64,000 nucleotides of DNA from Candidatus Bathyarchaeota archaeon (lineage in GTDB: Archaea > Thermoproteota > Bathyarchaeia > Bathyarchaeales > DTEX01): contig JAGTQF010000001.1 of NCBI GenBank assembly GCA_018396655.1, positions 63,844 to 127,843 on the forward strand. The letters run 5' to 3'. The position numbers and the translations under genes were made by a program. Under the pieces are notes generated by a model. It was not told the origin of the DNA. It searched no databases and was given only the letters and a program-made list of their open reading frames with translations. Shown in pieces: positions 37,136 to 46,397 of the stretch. The first letter of the stretch is position 1. Each line of letters starts with the position of its first letter.

Positions 37136-38377
37136 TCACTTTATTATGCCGTAGCCTATCAGTCTCCATCTTCCCATTATCTTCCGGCTTATTGCAGCCC
37201 TTGAGTTCTCTTCAGCGCAGACCGGTCGTGTGAGCTTTAGCTCCACATTTCCACCCCTAATATGTGTGACAATCCCGGTTGTAATAGCCGTCCCAACATC
37301 CAATAACAGAGCCTCCCCGATGTTTATCTGCTTAACCTCAGTCTGCTCCCTCGCTCCAACAACCCGCTCAAAGAGATGCGTCTCCATAACCAACTCATAC
37401 CTTGTTGGCGGAAGCATATCCGGCTTGCCAACAACATTCCCAGATAAACCATCAGCCTTAGTCAGCGATGGGTCCAATAGCGTGCCAACACCAACCAACC
37501 CCCCACATACAGCCTCCTCAACATATCGCCCACCAGCATGCAAGCTCATTATCCTCGTAAAGAGCGGTTCATAGGCCCCTCTGGCGGCTGGAGCGCTTAT
37601 CCCAGGTCTTATCTCAATATCTTCACCAACCCTGAATTTTCCCTGAAGTATTGAGCCTCCTACAACACCTCCAACAAGATTTTCAACCGATGTTCCAGGC
37701 TTATTCACGTCAAAGGAGCGTACAACATACATACGTGGAGGCTTATTTGGGTCTCTGGGAGGAGTTGGAATATACTTTTCTATCGCATAGAGTAGCAGAT
37801 CTATGTTGACTGAGTGGAGTGAGGAAACCGGGATTATTGGTGCTCCTTCAGCTATTGTTCCCTTTGTGAACTCGATTATCTCCCTATAACTCTCTAGGGC
37901 TCTCTTTTTATCAACTAAGTCTATCTTTGTCTGGGCTATAACTATCTTATCAACGCCCACGATCTCTATTGCAGCGAGATGCTCACGCGTCTGAGGTTGG
38001 GGGCACGGTTCATCAGCGGCTATAACCAGAATAACACCATCCATAACGGCTGCTCCAGAGAGCATCGTCGCCATTAGAGCCTCATGACCCGGTGAATCCA
38101 CAAAGCTAAGCGCTCGAACAAACTCTCCTTTAGACCCGCATCTTGGGCAAATCTCACTTGTCGAATAATTGCGTGGTGGCTCGCATGCGGGACACTTATA
38201 GACTGGAGCATCAGCATATCCAAGCTTTATTGTAATGCCCCTCTTCAGCTCCTCACTATGCCTTGCTGCCCAAACACCAGTAATAGCCTCAACAAGGGTT
38301 GTCTTCCCATGGTCAACATGCCCTATTGTTCCAATGTTTACCTCGGGTTGCCTTGGTAAGCCAGTAACTTTAGACAT
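37136..38377 (-). CDS. eif2g: Translation initiation factor aIF-2 gamma subunit
   Basis: QPEVNIG, GHVDHGKT, RGITIKLGY, Zn knuckle, DSPGHE, WRLIGYG; ATG at 38377. Confidence 0.97.
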   Translation of the reverse strand: MSKVTGLPRQPEVNIGTIGHVDHGKTTLVEAITGVWAARHSEELKRGITIKLGYADAPVYKCPACEPPRNYSTSEICPRCGSKGEFVRALSFVDSPGHEALMATMLSGAAVMDGVILVIAADEPCPQPQTREHLAAIEIVGVDKIVIAQTKIDLVDKKRALESYREIIEFTKGTIAEGAPIIPVSSLHSVNIDLLLYAIEKYIPTPPRDPNKPPRMYVVRSFDVNKPGTSVENLVGGVVGGSILQGKFRVGEDIEIRPGISAPAARGAYEPLFTRIMSLHAGGRYVEEAVCGGLVGVGTLLDPSLTKADGLSGNVVGKPDMLPPTRYELVMETHLFERVVGAREQTEVKQINIGEALLLDVGTAITTGIVTHIRGGNVELKLTRPVCAEENSRAAISRKIMGRWRLIGYGIIK

Positions 38378-38491
38378 AGCAATCAACAGTATGAGGGAAC
38401 TAGACAAATATAAAGCCATCGATTAAACCATTTCGCTCCAAAGAAGCTTTTATTAGGGATTATGTCCTTTAAAGGATTAAGGTGAAACTTT

Positions 38492-39094
38492 ATGGCTAAC
38501 TGTAGCAAATGCGGCTTTAAACTACCAGAAGGCGCCATCTTCTGCCCAAACTGCGGCGCTCCAGTTGAAAGGATTGTAGAGAAACATGCAATCTCATCGG
38601 AATCCATAGAAGAACCAATAAGGCTTGGGCTGATAGGCTCGGTTCTATCGATATCAATAATGTTGCTTCTATCGCCATTAGAACAGGAAGTAAACCTGTA
38701 TTTTCTGCCATCCTTTATCTCAGCCCTAATAGTCACATACTTCTCCAAAATTAAGAGTCTGAGGGGGGCCATCATCATCGCCATGACAACATATCTCTTC
38801 ACCGATGCTATTGGCGCTTCTCTCACATTAGGTATGCTCTATGCTGAGCAACGAACACTCGCATCTCTCTATGGGAGTTACATACCATCATTAGTCGATG
38901 TCTTAATGTATTTAATTTCTCCAGTAACAGCGATAATTGCTGGATACATAGGGTTTAGGCTCTCGCCAAAGAAAAGGGAGGAACCACTGCGCGTTTATGT
39001 TAGAGAGGGGGGTTTCGGCCCAACATTATTCCATAACATTAAGATTTCCCTCAAAAAATTTAAATATGCTCTTGCTGGCTCTTATACAAGCTGA
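38492..39094 (+). CDS. Zinc-ribbon-domain membrane protein
   Basis: CSKCG...FCPNCG followed by about four TM helices. Confidence 0.75.
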   Translation: MANCSKCGFKLPEGAIFCPNCGAPVERIVEKHAISSESIEEPIRLGLIGSVLSISIMLLLSPLEQEVNLYFLPSFISALIVTYFSKIKSLRGAIIIAMTTYLFTDAIGASLTLGMLYAEQRTLASLYGSYIPSLVDVLMYLISPVTAIIAGYIGFRLSPKKREEPLRVYVREGGFGPTLFHNIKISLKKFKYALAGSYTS

Positions 39095-39120
39095 GTAAAA
39101 CGCTGCGTGGCGATATCCCA

Positions 39121-39396
39121 ATGAATGTGCCAAAAGAGATAAAAACCTACTGCCCAAGATGCAATAAACATACTGTGCATACAGTCTCCCTCTATAAAGA
39201 TGGTAGGCGTAGGGCACTTGCTAAGGGCGAGCGTGCACATGAACGCGAAAGGAAAGGCTATGGTGGACAAAAGTATCCTATGCTTAGACGTAAGGCTAAA
39301 ACAACGAAGAAGCAGACACTAAAGCTTAAGTGTAAGGATTGCGGCTACACCCTCCATAAGGAGGGTATCCGCCTAAAGAAGCTCACAATAGAATAG
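39121..39396 (+). CDS. rpl44e: 50S ribosomal protein L44e (eL42)
   Basis: TYCPRC..HT, KGYGGQ, KAKTTKK, C..C. Confidence 0.97.
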   Translation: MNVPKEIKTYCPRCNKHTVHTVSLYKDGRRRALAKGERAHERERKGYGGQKYPMLRRKAKTTKKQTLKLKCKDCGYTLHKEGIRLKKLTIE

Positions 39397-39434
39397 GTTT
39401 TGTTTTTATGTGAATGTTAAGAGGGGTGGTTTGG

Positions 39435-39632
39435 GTGAGGGTTTGGGAGAAGATTATACCCAAGCCGAGAAGCAGCTTTCTCCAAGTTAAGTGTCCGGAC
39501 TGCGGCAATGAGCAAATAACATTCAGCCATGCATCATCCGTTGTCCGCTGCAATATTTGCGGCGCGGTTCTCGCGGAACCAACTGGCGGAAAAGCAGATA
39601 TAAAGGGCGATATAGTAGCTAGATTTGAGTGA
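39435..39632 (+). CDS. rps27e: 30S ribosomal protein S27e
   Basis: [13 protein letters not shown]...FSH...C..CG..L..PTGGK. Confidence 0.97.
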   Translation: MRVWEKIIPKPRSSFLQVKCPDCGNEQITFSHASSVVRCNICGAVLAEPTGGKADIKGDIVARFE

Positions 39633-39650
39633 TAAATGCTGGAGTGAAGT

Positions 39651-40442
39651 ATGCCAATAATCAAAAGTGATGAGTGGCCTGAGGTAGGCGAACTCGTAAT
39701 ATCAACCGTTAATGAGATAACCGATTATGGAGCATACGTAACTCTTGACGAGTATGGAAAAGAGGGTTTCCTACATATATCAGAGATATCATCCGGCTGG
39801 ATAAGAAATATTCGCGATTACATTCGAGAGGGAGAAAAGGTTGTTCTGAAAGTTCTAAGGGTTGACCAAGAGCGTAATCAAATTGATTTATCGCTTAGAA
39901 GAGTTACGCAACGCGAGAAGCGCGAGAAGATTTTATTGTGGAAGAGAAGTAGGAAGGCTGAAAGCCTTTTAAGAAGCGCTTCGCAAAAGATTGGAATATC
40001 CCTCGAAGAATTATACGATAGGATCGCTGAACCGCTTGAGAAATCCTTCAGCGATATTTACGAGGGGTTAGAGGCTGCTGCTAGGGAGGGCTCTGAGGTC
40101 CTACTGAAGGCTGGCTTACCAAAAGATATAGCCAAGGTTCTCACGGAGATTGCTAAAGAGAAGATTAAGGTATCGGCAGTTAAAGTTAAGGGTGTGCTTA
40201 ACATAACATGTCTAAAGCCTGATGGGGTTCTGAGAATAAAGGAGGCTCTGTTAAAGGCTAAGGCGAGCGTTTCATCGCATGGCTCAAGCGTTAAGATATA
40301 TGTGATAGCACCGCCTAAATACCAGGTTGAAGTCACGGCTAAAGATTATAAGGAGGCAAATGCCATTTTAAAGAGAATTGCTGATACAGCCATAAACACT
40401 ATAACGAAGCTTGGAGGGCAGGGGGCATTTGAGAGTGGATAG
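39651..40442 (+). CDS. eif2a: Translation initiation factor aIF-2 alpha subunit
   Basis: WPEVGELV, S1 domain LHISEI, KVLRVD, IDLSLRRV, APPKY. Confidence 0.97.
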   Translation: MPIIKSDEWPEVGELVISTVNEITDYGAYVTLDEYGKEGFLHISEISSGWIRNIRDYIREGEKVVLKVLRVDQERNQIDLSLRRVTQREKREKILLWKRSRKAESLLRSASQKIGISLEELYDRIAEPLEKSFSDIYEGLEAAAREGSEVLLKAGLPKDIAKVLTEIAKEKIKVSAVKVKGVLNITCLKPDGVLRIKEALLKAKASVSSHGSSVKIYVIAPPKYQVEVTAKDYKEANAILKRIADTAINTITKLGGQGAFESG

Positions 40443-40447
40443 GAACC

Positions 40448-40645
40448 ATGGTCTGGCTACTGAGAAAATGTATTAGATGCGAAAGATATACGCTTAAAAA
40501 AGATGCATGCCCATATTGTGGTGGTGAGCTCCGCGTTCCACATCCAGCAAAGTTTTCACCTGACGATAAATATGCCATCTATAAAAGTCCCCTCAGGAGT
40601 GTAATCAATGAAGAAAACGATAATATTAGAGAAAGAGGAGATTGA
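40448..40645 (+). CDS. nop10: H/ACA RNP protein Nop10
   Basis: RKC..C..YTL...CP.CG...PHPAKFSPDDKY. Confidence 0.95.
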   Translation: MVWLLRKCIRCERYTLKKDACPYCGGELRVPHPAKFSPDDKYAIYKSPLRSVINEENDNIRERGD

Positions 40646-41381
40646 ACTTAAAAATCCGATTCTCATAGAGGGGCTTCCAGGTCTAGGTATGGTTGGTAGA
40701 ATTGCCGTTAAATACTTAATAAGGCAGTTTAAAGCTAGGAAATTTGCTGAACTCTATTCACCGCACTTCGCCTACTATGTTCTCGTGGATGAAAAGGGAA
40801 ACATAAACCTTCTCAAAAACGAGTTTTATTATTGGAAGAATGATTTAGGCGAGAATGACCTAATCCTCCTAACCGGCGATAGCCAAGCGCAAACCATCGA
40901 AGGTCAATATGAGGTGGCGGATGCGACGATTGAGTTTGCAAAGAAGAAGGGTGTCAAGCTAGTTATAACCATAGGTGGCTATAGGAAAGATGTTGTAGGC
41001 ACACCACAAGTCTTCGTCTCGGCAACGAGCCCAGAGACCCTTAAAAAAGCCTTGGATGCTGGAGCCATAAGCAGTCCACCTGGAAGCCCAATTGTTGGCG
41101 CTGCTGGACTACTACTTGGCTTAGCGAAATTTAGGGGTATAGAGGGAATTTGCCTTTTAGGTGAGACGCCCGGCTATATACCGGACCCTAGAGCTGCAAA
41201 GAGTGTCCTCTCTATTCTCATGGGGATGTTGAATTTAAGGCTAGATTTAACGGACCTGGATAGGGAGATTGAGAGAATCGCGCAAATAGAGGAACAGATG
41301 AGAAGGATAGAGGAGCAGCGTAGAATGGCTGAGAGGGAGATTCGAAAAATGGAGGAGGAAAAAATATCCTATATAGGATGA
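40608..41381 (+). CDS. PAC2 family proteasome assembly chaperone-like protein
   Basis: IEGLPGLGMVG, TGDSQ, TIGGY, CLLGETPGY..DP; conserved rpl44e-rps27e-eif2a-nop10 synteny. Confidence 0.92.
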   Translation: MKKTIILEKEEIELKNPILIEGLPGLGMVGRIAVKYLIRQFKARKFAELYSPHFAYYVLVDEKGNINLLKNEFYYWKNDLGENDLILLTGDSQAQTIEGQYEVADATIEFAKKKGVKLVITIGGYRKDVVGTPQVFVSATSPETLKKALDAGAISSPPGSPIVGAAGLLLGLAKFRGIEGICLLGETPGYIPDPRAAKSVLSILMGMLNLRLDLTDLDREIERIAQIEEQMRRIEEQRRMAEREIRKMEEEKISYIG

Positions 41382-41391
41382 TGTATGCGAA

Positions 41392-41940
41392 TTAAACAAT
41401 AAACTCCTGCTTAAACTTCATATATTTTTGCAGTATTCTCTTATATTCCTCCAGGTCGCTAATTGTATGATTTATTATACTTATATGAAAGTTTACGGCA
41501 TCATATATTTCCTCCTCAGAATCAGCCTCAAGAATATCGCTCTCAATCTGCTCAACTATAAGCTGCGTCAGCTCATTCCTCCTAGAGACGGACTTAAGCG
41601 AGTCTAAAATCTTCCTCCTAACCTCGTTTATCTGCGGCTTAGGCAAGTCCCCCCTAATAATTTGGTTGGCTATTTCATTTATCGTATTCTCATCTGAAAG
41701 TGGTATGCTCTTTCTTGAAGCAACCTCACCCTTAGGCGTCAAAAATATGACAAGCGGAACACTATTAACATTATAAAATTCCGTTAACTCGATGTTTTCT
41801 GGGTCCTCAACATTAATCAACCTGACCCTTATATCCCTTCGCTTCCTCTGAAGTCTCTTTATAAGAGGGATTAGGCTTCTTTTACTCTCGTAAAAGTCCG
41901 AGTAAAAGTATATTATCTCAACCTTTCCGTCAGAGCTCAT
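41392..41940 (-). CDS. Thioredoxin-fold protein lacking CxxC, with helical C-terminal domain
   Basis: IIYFYSDFYES, INVED, YNVNSVP cis-Pro motif; no cysteines. Confidence 0.65.
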   Translation of the reverse strand: MSSDGKVEIIYFYSDFYESKRSLIPLIKRLQRKRRDIRVRLINVEDPENIELTEFYNVNSVPLVIFLTPKGEVASRKSIPLSDENTINEIANQIIRGDLPKPQINEVRRKILDSLKSVSRRNELTQLIVEQIESDILEADSEEEIYDAVNFHISIINHTISDLEEYKRILQKYMKFKQEFIV

Positions 41941-42060
41941 ACTCTCTCCCCTTTCTAAGCTCACTCCGAGGATGAAGCCAATTTTTAGGATTCTAATAAA
42001 TTAAAAATTAGGGAAAAATTGAAATTGTATAAGTGGTTTTGCGTCAGCGGCGAGAGCCTA

Positions 42061-43386
42061 CTAACCAGTAACCTTCTTCGGAACTTCCACCTTCTTTGTT
42101 ATCTCCTTCACTACGCCAGCTGCAATCGTTGTGCCCATGTCACGTATAGCGAACCTTCCCAGCTCTGGAAATTCTGTGTAAACTTCAAGCGCTACCGGCC
42201 TTACTGGCTCAAATCTAACAAGTGCGCTGTCCCCGGTCTTCAGGAACGCTGGTTTCTCTTCAACGGTCTGTCCGGTTCTCGGGTCTATCTTTCTTATAAG
42301 CTCAGCAAATCTGCACGCAACCTGGGCCGTGTGAACATGTAGTACTGGTGTGTATCCGGCAGCTATGGCTGTTGGGTGATAGATGACTATTATCTGCCCT
42401 ATAAACTCCTTAGCGACTGTTGGTGGATTATCTAGTGGTCCAGCTACATCACCACGTCTAATATCAGTCTTTGCTACACCCCTAACGTTAAAGCCAATAT
42501 TATCGCCAGGCTCGGCTCTCGGTATTCTCACGTGGTGCGTCTCTATAGATTTAACCTCCCCCACAACACCTGAGGGCATAAAGATGACTTTATCGCCTTC
42601 CTTAAGCACACCGGTCTCAACACGTCCTACTGGAACTGTTCCAACACCGGTTATCGAATATACATCCTGTATGGGTATCCTTAATGGCTTATCAATCGGC
42701 TTCGGCGGGATCTCAAATAAATCTAATGCCTCATAGAGCGTTGGACCCTTATACCACGGCATGTTTGGACTTGGCTTAACTAGGTTGTCGCCGGTCCATC
42801 CGGATGTCGGTATGAAGGGTATTTTAGCAACGTTATAGCCCACTAACCTGAGCATTCGGCTCACTTCATTCTTAATCTCCTCATAGCGCTCCTTGCTCCA
42901 GTTAACCGTTGGGTCATCCATCTTATTAATGCAGACAATCATTTGCCTAACTCCCAGCGTGAAAGCTAAGAATGCATGCTCCCTGGTCTGTCCTCCAGGA
43001 CCTATACCAGCTTCAAACTCTCCCTTCTTAGCTGAGACGAATAGTATCGCTGCATCCGCTTGGCTTGCTCCCGTTATCATGTTCTTCACGAAGTCTCTGT
43101 GTCCCGGCGCATCTATAATTGTGAAGAAGTATTTTGGAGTCTCAAACTTTAGGTATCGGAGGTCTATTGTTAGGCCTCTTTCTCGCTCCTCTTTGAGGTT
43201 ATCGAGTATCCAAGCATACTTGAATGATTCCTTACCCATCTTTTTTGCTTCTTCCTCATATTGCCTAACAGTTCGCTCATCAACCACACCAGTCAAATAT
43301 AGGAAGTGTCCCATTGTCGTTGACTTACCGTGGTCTACATGACCGATTATGACTAGGTTCAGGTGGGGTTTCTCTGGCTTGCTCAT
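42061..43386 (-). CDS. tuf: Elongation factor 1-alpha
   Basis: [50 protein letters not shown]. Confidence 0.98.
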   Translation of the reverse strand: MSKPEKPHLNLVIIGHVDHGKSTTMGHFLYLTGVVDERTVRQYEEEAKKMGKESFKYAWILDNLKEERERGLTIDLRYLKFETPKYFFTIIDAPGHRDFVKNMITGASQADAAILFVSAKKGEFEAGIGPGGQTREHAFLAFTLGVRQMIVCINKMDDPTVNWSKERYEEIKNEVSRMLRLVGYNVAKIPFIPTSGWTGDNLVKPSPNMPWYKGPTLYEALDLFEIPPKPIDKPLRIPIQDVYSITGVGTVPVGRVETGVLKEGDKVIFMPSGVVGEVKSIETHHVRIPRAEPGDNIGFNVRGVAKTDIRRGDVAGPLDNPPTVAKEFIGQIIVIYHPTAIAAGYTPVLHVHTAQVACRFAELIRKIDPRTGQTVEEKPAFLKTGDSALVRFEPVRPVALEVYTEFPELGRFAIRDMGTTIAAGVVKEITKKVEVPKKVTG

Positions 43387-43471
43387 TCTTCATCCTCCAA
43401 ACATATACCTTTGACATTTGGCTTGATTAAAATCAGCTCAATCAATTATTTTAAGTTTACTTTTCGGTTAC

Positions 43472-44515
43472 TTAAAATCTTCGCTTTTCCTCATAAAGGA
43501 ATGGGCTAGTTACATCATCCCGCCTGTCAATATACTTGATTGGATAACGTTTCTCCGGCCCTAAAAGAGATTTCGGCCTCCCTATGACCTCAAATCTGAA
43601 TAGAGTTGACTTATACCAGTATACCCCAGGGTTTTGTTTAACTGGAAAACTTAGTTTAATGGTAAATTTTTCGTAGTTTGCGTTATCATACAGGGTCTTA
43701 TATTTTGAGAAATCCCTAATGACATCTGTTATTACGCAGTTCATTCTTAGGAGCATCCTTTCAACAGCCATCCACTTCCTAAATGAGGCCTCAGCCGTTG
43801 ACAGCCCGAAATATCCAGCGCCATCATCTTTTAAGCATGCGATACCCCTAGAAAGGAAAGCTTTAAGCCCACTTAATGTCTCTAGAGGCTCTGATGAGAA
43901 GACATCAAACATGCCAACCAAGCTTTCTGGAAGGGGATTCGACACATCATACCTTTGGAATTCAATCTCTAAGCCATATCTCCTATTTATCTCCCTTATG
44001 TATTCACCAAGTCTCTCATCAATATCTAGAACGAATATTCTTGATGGGAGTCCCGTTAGAGCTAAAGCTATGCTTAACAGGTCGTCGTCGCCTACTAATA
44101 TGAAAGATTTATGTGCCAAATCATCATAATGGTGCATCAGAGCTAACCTAGCTATCACATCTTGAGCGCGCATATATCCCTGGAAGAACTCTGCTTTTGG
44201 AGCCGGTCTATCGTCAACTATCTTCAAGTAATCCTTCATTACATCCTTAAATCTCTCGTCAAATACTATTCTCTTTCCCTCACATTCACTGCATATCCTA
44301 CTCTTAAATTTTAAAAGTCTTCCATCAATCTGCTCCTTTCCCTTCTCCGTTATATATATTAAGTCTCCTTTAACATCAATAAGGCCATCTCTGAAGAGAT
44401 TGTTTACTGCGCTTATGAACTCCTTCACTGTGTAACGGTTCTCGTCTAAGAGTTCCCAGAATCCCTTACTGGACTCTAGGAGGCTGCTTAGTATTTGTAT
44501 TTCGATTTTTCTCAT
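43472..44515 (-). CDS. bpsA: Branched-chain polyamine synthase (N4-bis(aminopropyl)spermidine synthase)
   Basis: RP......FQGY, VGDDDLLS, LDIDERL, P.ET..G..AF..RG, WYKS. Confidence 0.85.
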   Translation of the reverse strand: MRKIEIQILSSLLESSKGFWELLDENRYTVKEFISAVNNLFRDGLIDVKGDLIYITEKGKEQIDGRLLKFKSRICSECEGKRIVFDERFKDVMKDYLKIVDDRPAPKAEFFQGYMRAQDVIARLALMHHYDDLAHKSFILVGDDDLLSIALALTGLPSRIFVLDIDERLGEYIREINRRYGLEIEFQRYDVSNPLPESLVGMFDVFSSEPLETLSGLKAFLSRGIACLKDDGAGYFGLSTAEASFRKWMAVERMLLRMNCVITDVIRDFSKYKTLYDNANYEKFTIKLSFPVKQNPGVYWYKSTLFRFEVIGRPKSLLGPEKRYPIKYIDRRDDVTSPFLYEEKRRF

Positions 44516-44858
44516 AAAAGTCCCTTCTCAACATCTTCTTCTCAATGGCTTTAGGCTTTAGCTCCTCAACCAATAAATCGAAGGCTCTAAAAGCACATTC
44601 ATCAGAACCACACGTAAATATATCCAAAGCAACATAACCATACTCAGGCCACGTATGAACACTCAAATGGGACTCGCTCAGAATATACGTGGCAGAAACA
44701 CCATGAGGCTCAAACTGATGAAAAACTGATGAGACAGCATGAAGGCCAGATTTAGAGACAACCCTATCTAAAATAGCGCGTAAATCTTCTACCCTCGCAA
44801 TCTTCCCGGGGTCCACCCCCAGGAAGTCCGCGATGATATGGATGCCCAACTTTAACAT
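44466..44858 (-). CDS. speD: S-adenosylmethionine decarboxylase proenzyme (pyruvoyl-dependent)
   Basis: HQFEPHGVS, LSESHLSVHTWPE self-cleavage motif, DIFTCG; co-oriented with bpsA. Confidence 0.92.
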   Translation of the reverse strand: MLKLGIHIIADFLGVDPGKIARVEDLRAILDRVVSKSGLHAVSSVFHQFEPHGVSATYILSESHLSVHTWPEYGYVALDIFTCGSDECAFRAFDLLVEELKPKAIEKKMLRRDFYEKNRNTNTKQPPRVQ

Positions 44859-45167
44859 CCACCGCTTCTTTTATATACTTTGTCAATGAAATTGTTACTT
44901 GCCGACACTGCATACAGTGCTAGTTCTCCTTATCTCCAGAAATTATAGAGCGATTTTTTATAAATGTTTCGATTAAAAGAGATTGGATTTTTATAACAAA
45001 AGATTTTAATTGAAAACAGATAAAAGGTTAATTTCGTGAAAAAAGAAAAAAATAACCGAATATTTTTGGCATTTTAACAAAATAAATCGCTATAAATCGT
45101 TTAATTCTGCAAAGTCCTCAAAATTGTTTAATGTAAGTGTTGTGCTGCTTAGCTTTTGGCTTAATAT

Positions 45168-45371
45168 TTATGCATTCTGCATCCTTCTAAGGGTTACTAC
45201 CGAATTCAACGCGTCAATCGTTATTATCTTCACATTGTTCACTATTGTTTCCCTCATATCGGCATCTAAAAGTTTAATGTTATCACCCTCCCTAAGAATT
45301 AAAGTCACATCCTTGGCGATTAATCTCCTACCAAAATTTTGGTCCTCAACATAAACTTTTAGTAGGCACAT
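45168..45371 (-). CDS. cooT: CooT family nickel-binding protein
   Basis: N-terminal MC motif, DV-centred small beta protein, directly after cooC. Confidence 0.75.
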   Translation of the reverse strand: MCLLKVYVEDQNFGRRLIAKDVTLILREGDNIKLLDADMRETIVNNVKIITIDALNSVVTLRRMQNA

Positions 45372-45389
45372 TGAGCTATCTCCATCCTC

Positions 45390-46175
45390 TTAAACTTTAA
45401 TCCTCCACATACCTTCGATTATTTCTCTTAAATCATTTATCGCTGTGCTCGATTTAATTGGCTCCTTCCTTAAACATGAAATATATAATTCTCTATCGAA
45501 CCTCACCACACCATCAATCTTTAAACCTAATCTCGCAGCTTCTCCTAGAAGAGCCTCTTTAATATCTTCCGTAACTTTATTGGCTATAATCCATATGTCT
45601 TTATTCAGTTTTTTAGCTGTCTCATTTAACATTAAGGCTGTTTCTAGGGATTCTATTGTTGGGTCAACAATCACAAGTAGCCCGTCACACGCCTCCTCTA
45701 TCCTTCTGCCAACATGCTCTACCCCCGCATCAGTATCAACGAGAACAAACTCGTCCTCCATCAGTTTTAGGTTGCTCAGTAAAGCCCTTGCCAAAATATT
45801 GAATGGGCATGCACATCCCTCGCCATATTCTCTAACTTTTCCTATTGTCATCAAGCTTATTCCCTCCCTCGAGGTGGCGATGTATTCTTTGGGCAGTAGA
45901 TTAAGCCTTATTCCCTCCCTTGCCTTGGCCAGTGCACTAATTATTTTGGGTAGAGCCCTCTCCATCTCTTCCTCCTCCCTTTTACCGCCAATGTAGTCAA
46001 TTAGGGGTTTAGGAGGTTCAACGCCTAAAAAATACGGAAGCAGAATGTTAGATTCATCAGAGTCAACAACATAAACTTTGAAGTACTCAGAAAGTATCCG
46101 CGAAGCTAAAACAGTTATGGCAGTTTTTCCAGTTCCGCCCTTACCACATACCATCACCCTCATAGGGACCCTCAT
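45390..46175 (-). CDS. cooC: CooC-type Ni-insertion ATPase
   Basis: Deviant Walker A GKGGTGKT, VDSDESN, GEGCACP, VDTDAGVEH; start uncertain. Confidence 0.88.
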   Translation of the reverse strand: MRVPMRVMVCGKGGTGKTAITVLASRILSEYFKVYVVDSDESNILLPYFLGVEPPKPLIDYIGGKREEEEMERALPKIISALAKAREGIRLNLLPKEYIATSREGISLMTIGKVREYGEGCACPFNILARALLSNLKLMEDEFVLVDTDAGVEHVGRRIEEACDGLLVIVDPTIESLETALMLNETAKKLNKDIWIIANKVTEDIKEALLGEAARLGLKIDGVVRFDRELYISCLRKEPIKSSTAINDLREIIEGMWRIKV

Positions 46176-46397
46176 ACTCAACGCCTTCACACTCAATAAA
46201 TATTAGAGGCTACAGATATGCTTTGGGTAATGGTCAGTGACGCTAATAAACTAAAAACATTAGCGTATATTGTTGTGGGCTCACTCCAGTATGACGTCAA
46301 TATCTCTAAGATTCTCTTCTCCATCTCGACAACTCTTGGCTCTTGAATACTATTTTATCGGCTCACTTCATGGGCTGAATAGAAGAGTTAACATCAT

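Noticed and set aside
38378..38419. Hydrophobic N-terminal extension of aIF2-gamma
   Set aside because: The family start fits the ATG at 38377; the extension is incidental open frame
44975..45165. Very AT-rich stretch as a possible origin or ncRNA
   Set aside because: It is explained by the cooT terminator U-tracts and the speD promoter; no ORB repeats or stable structure were seen
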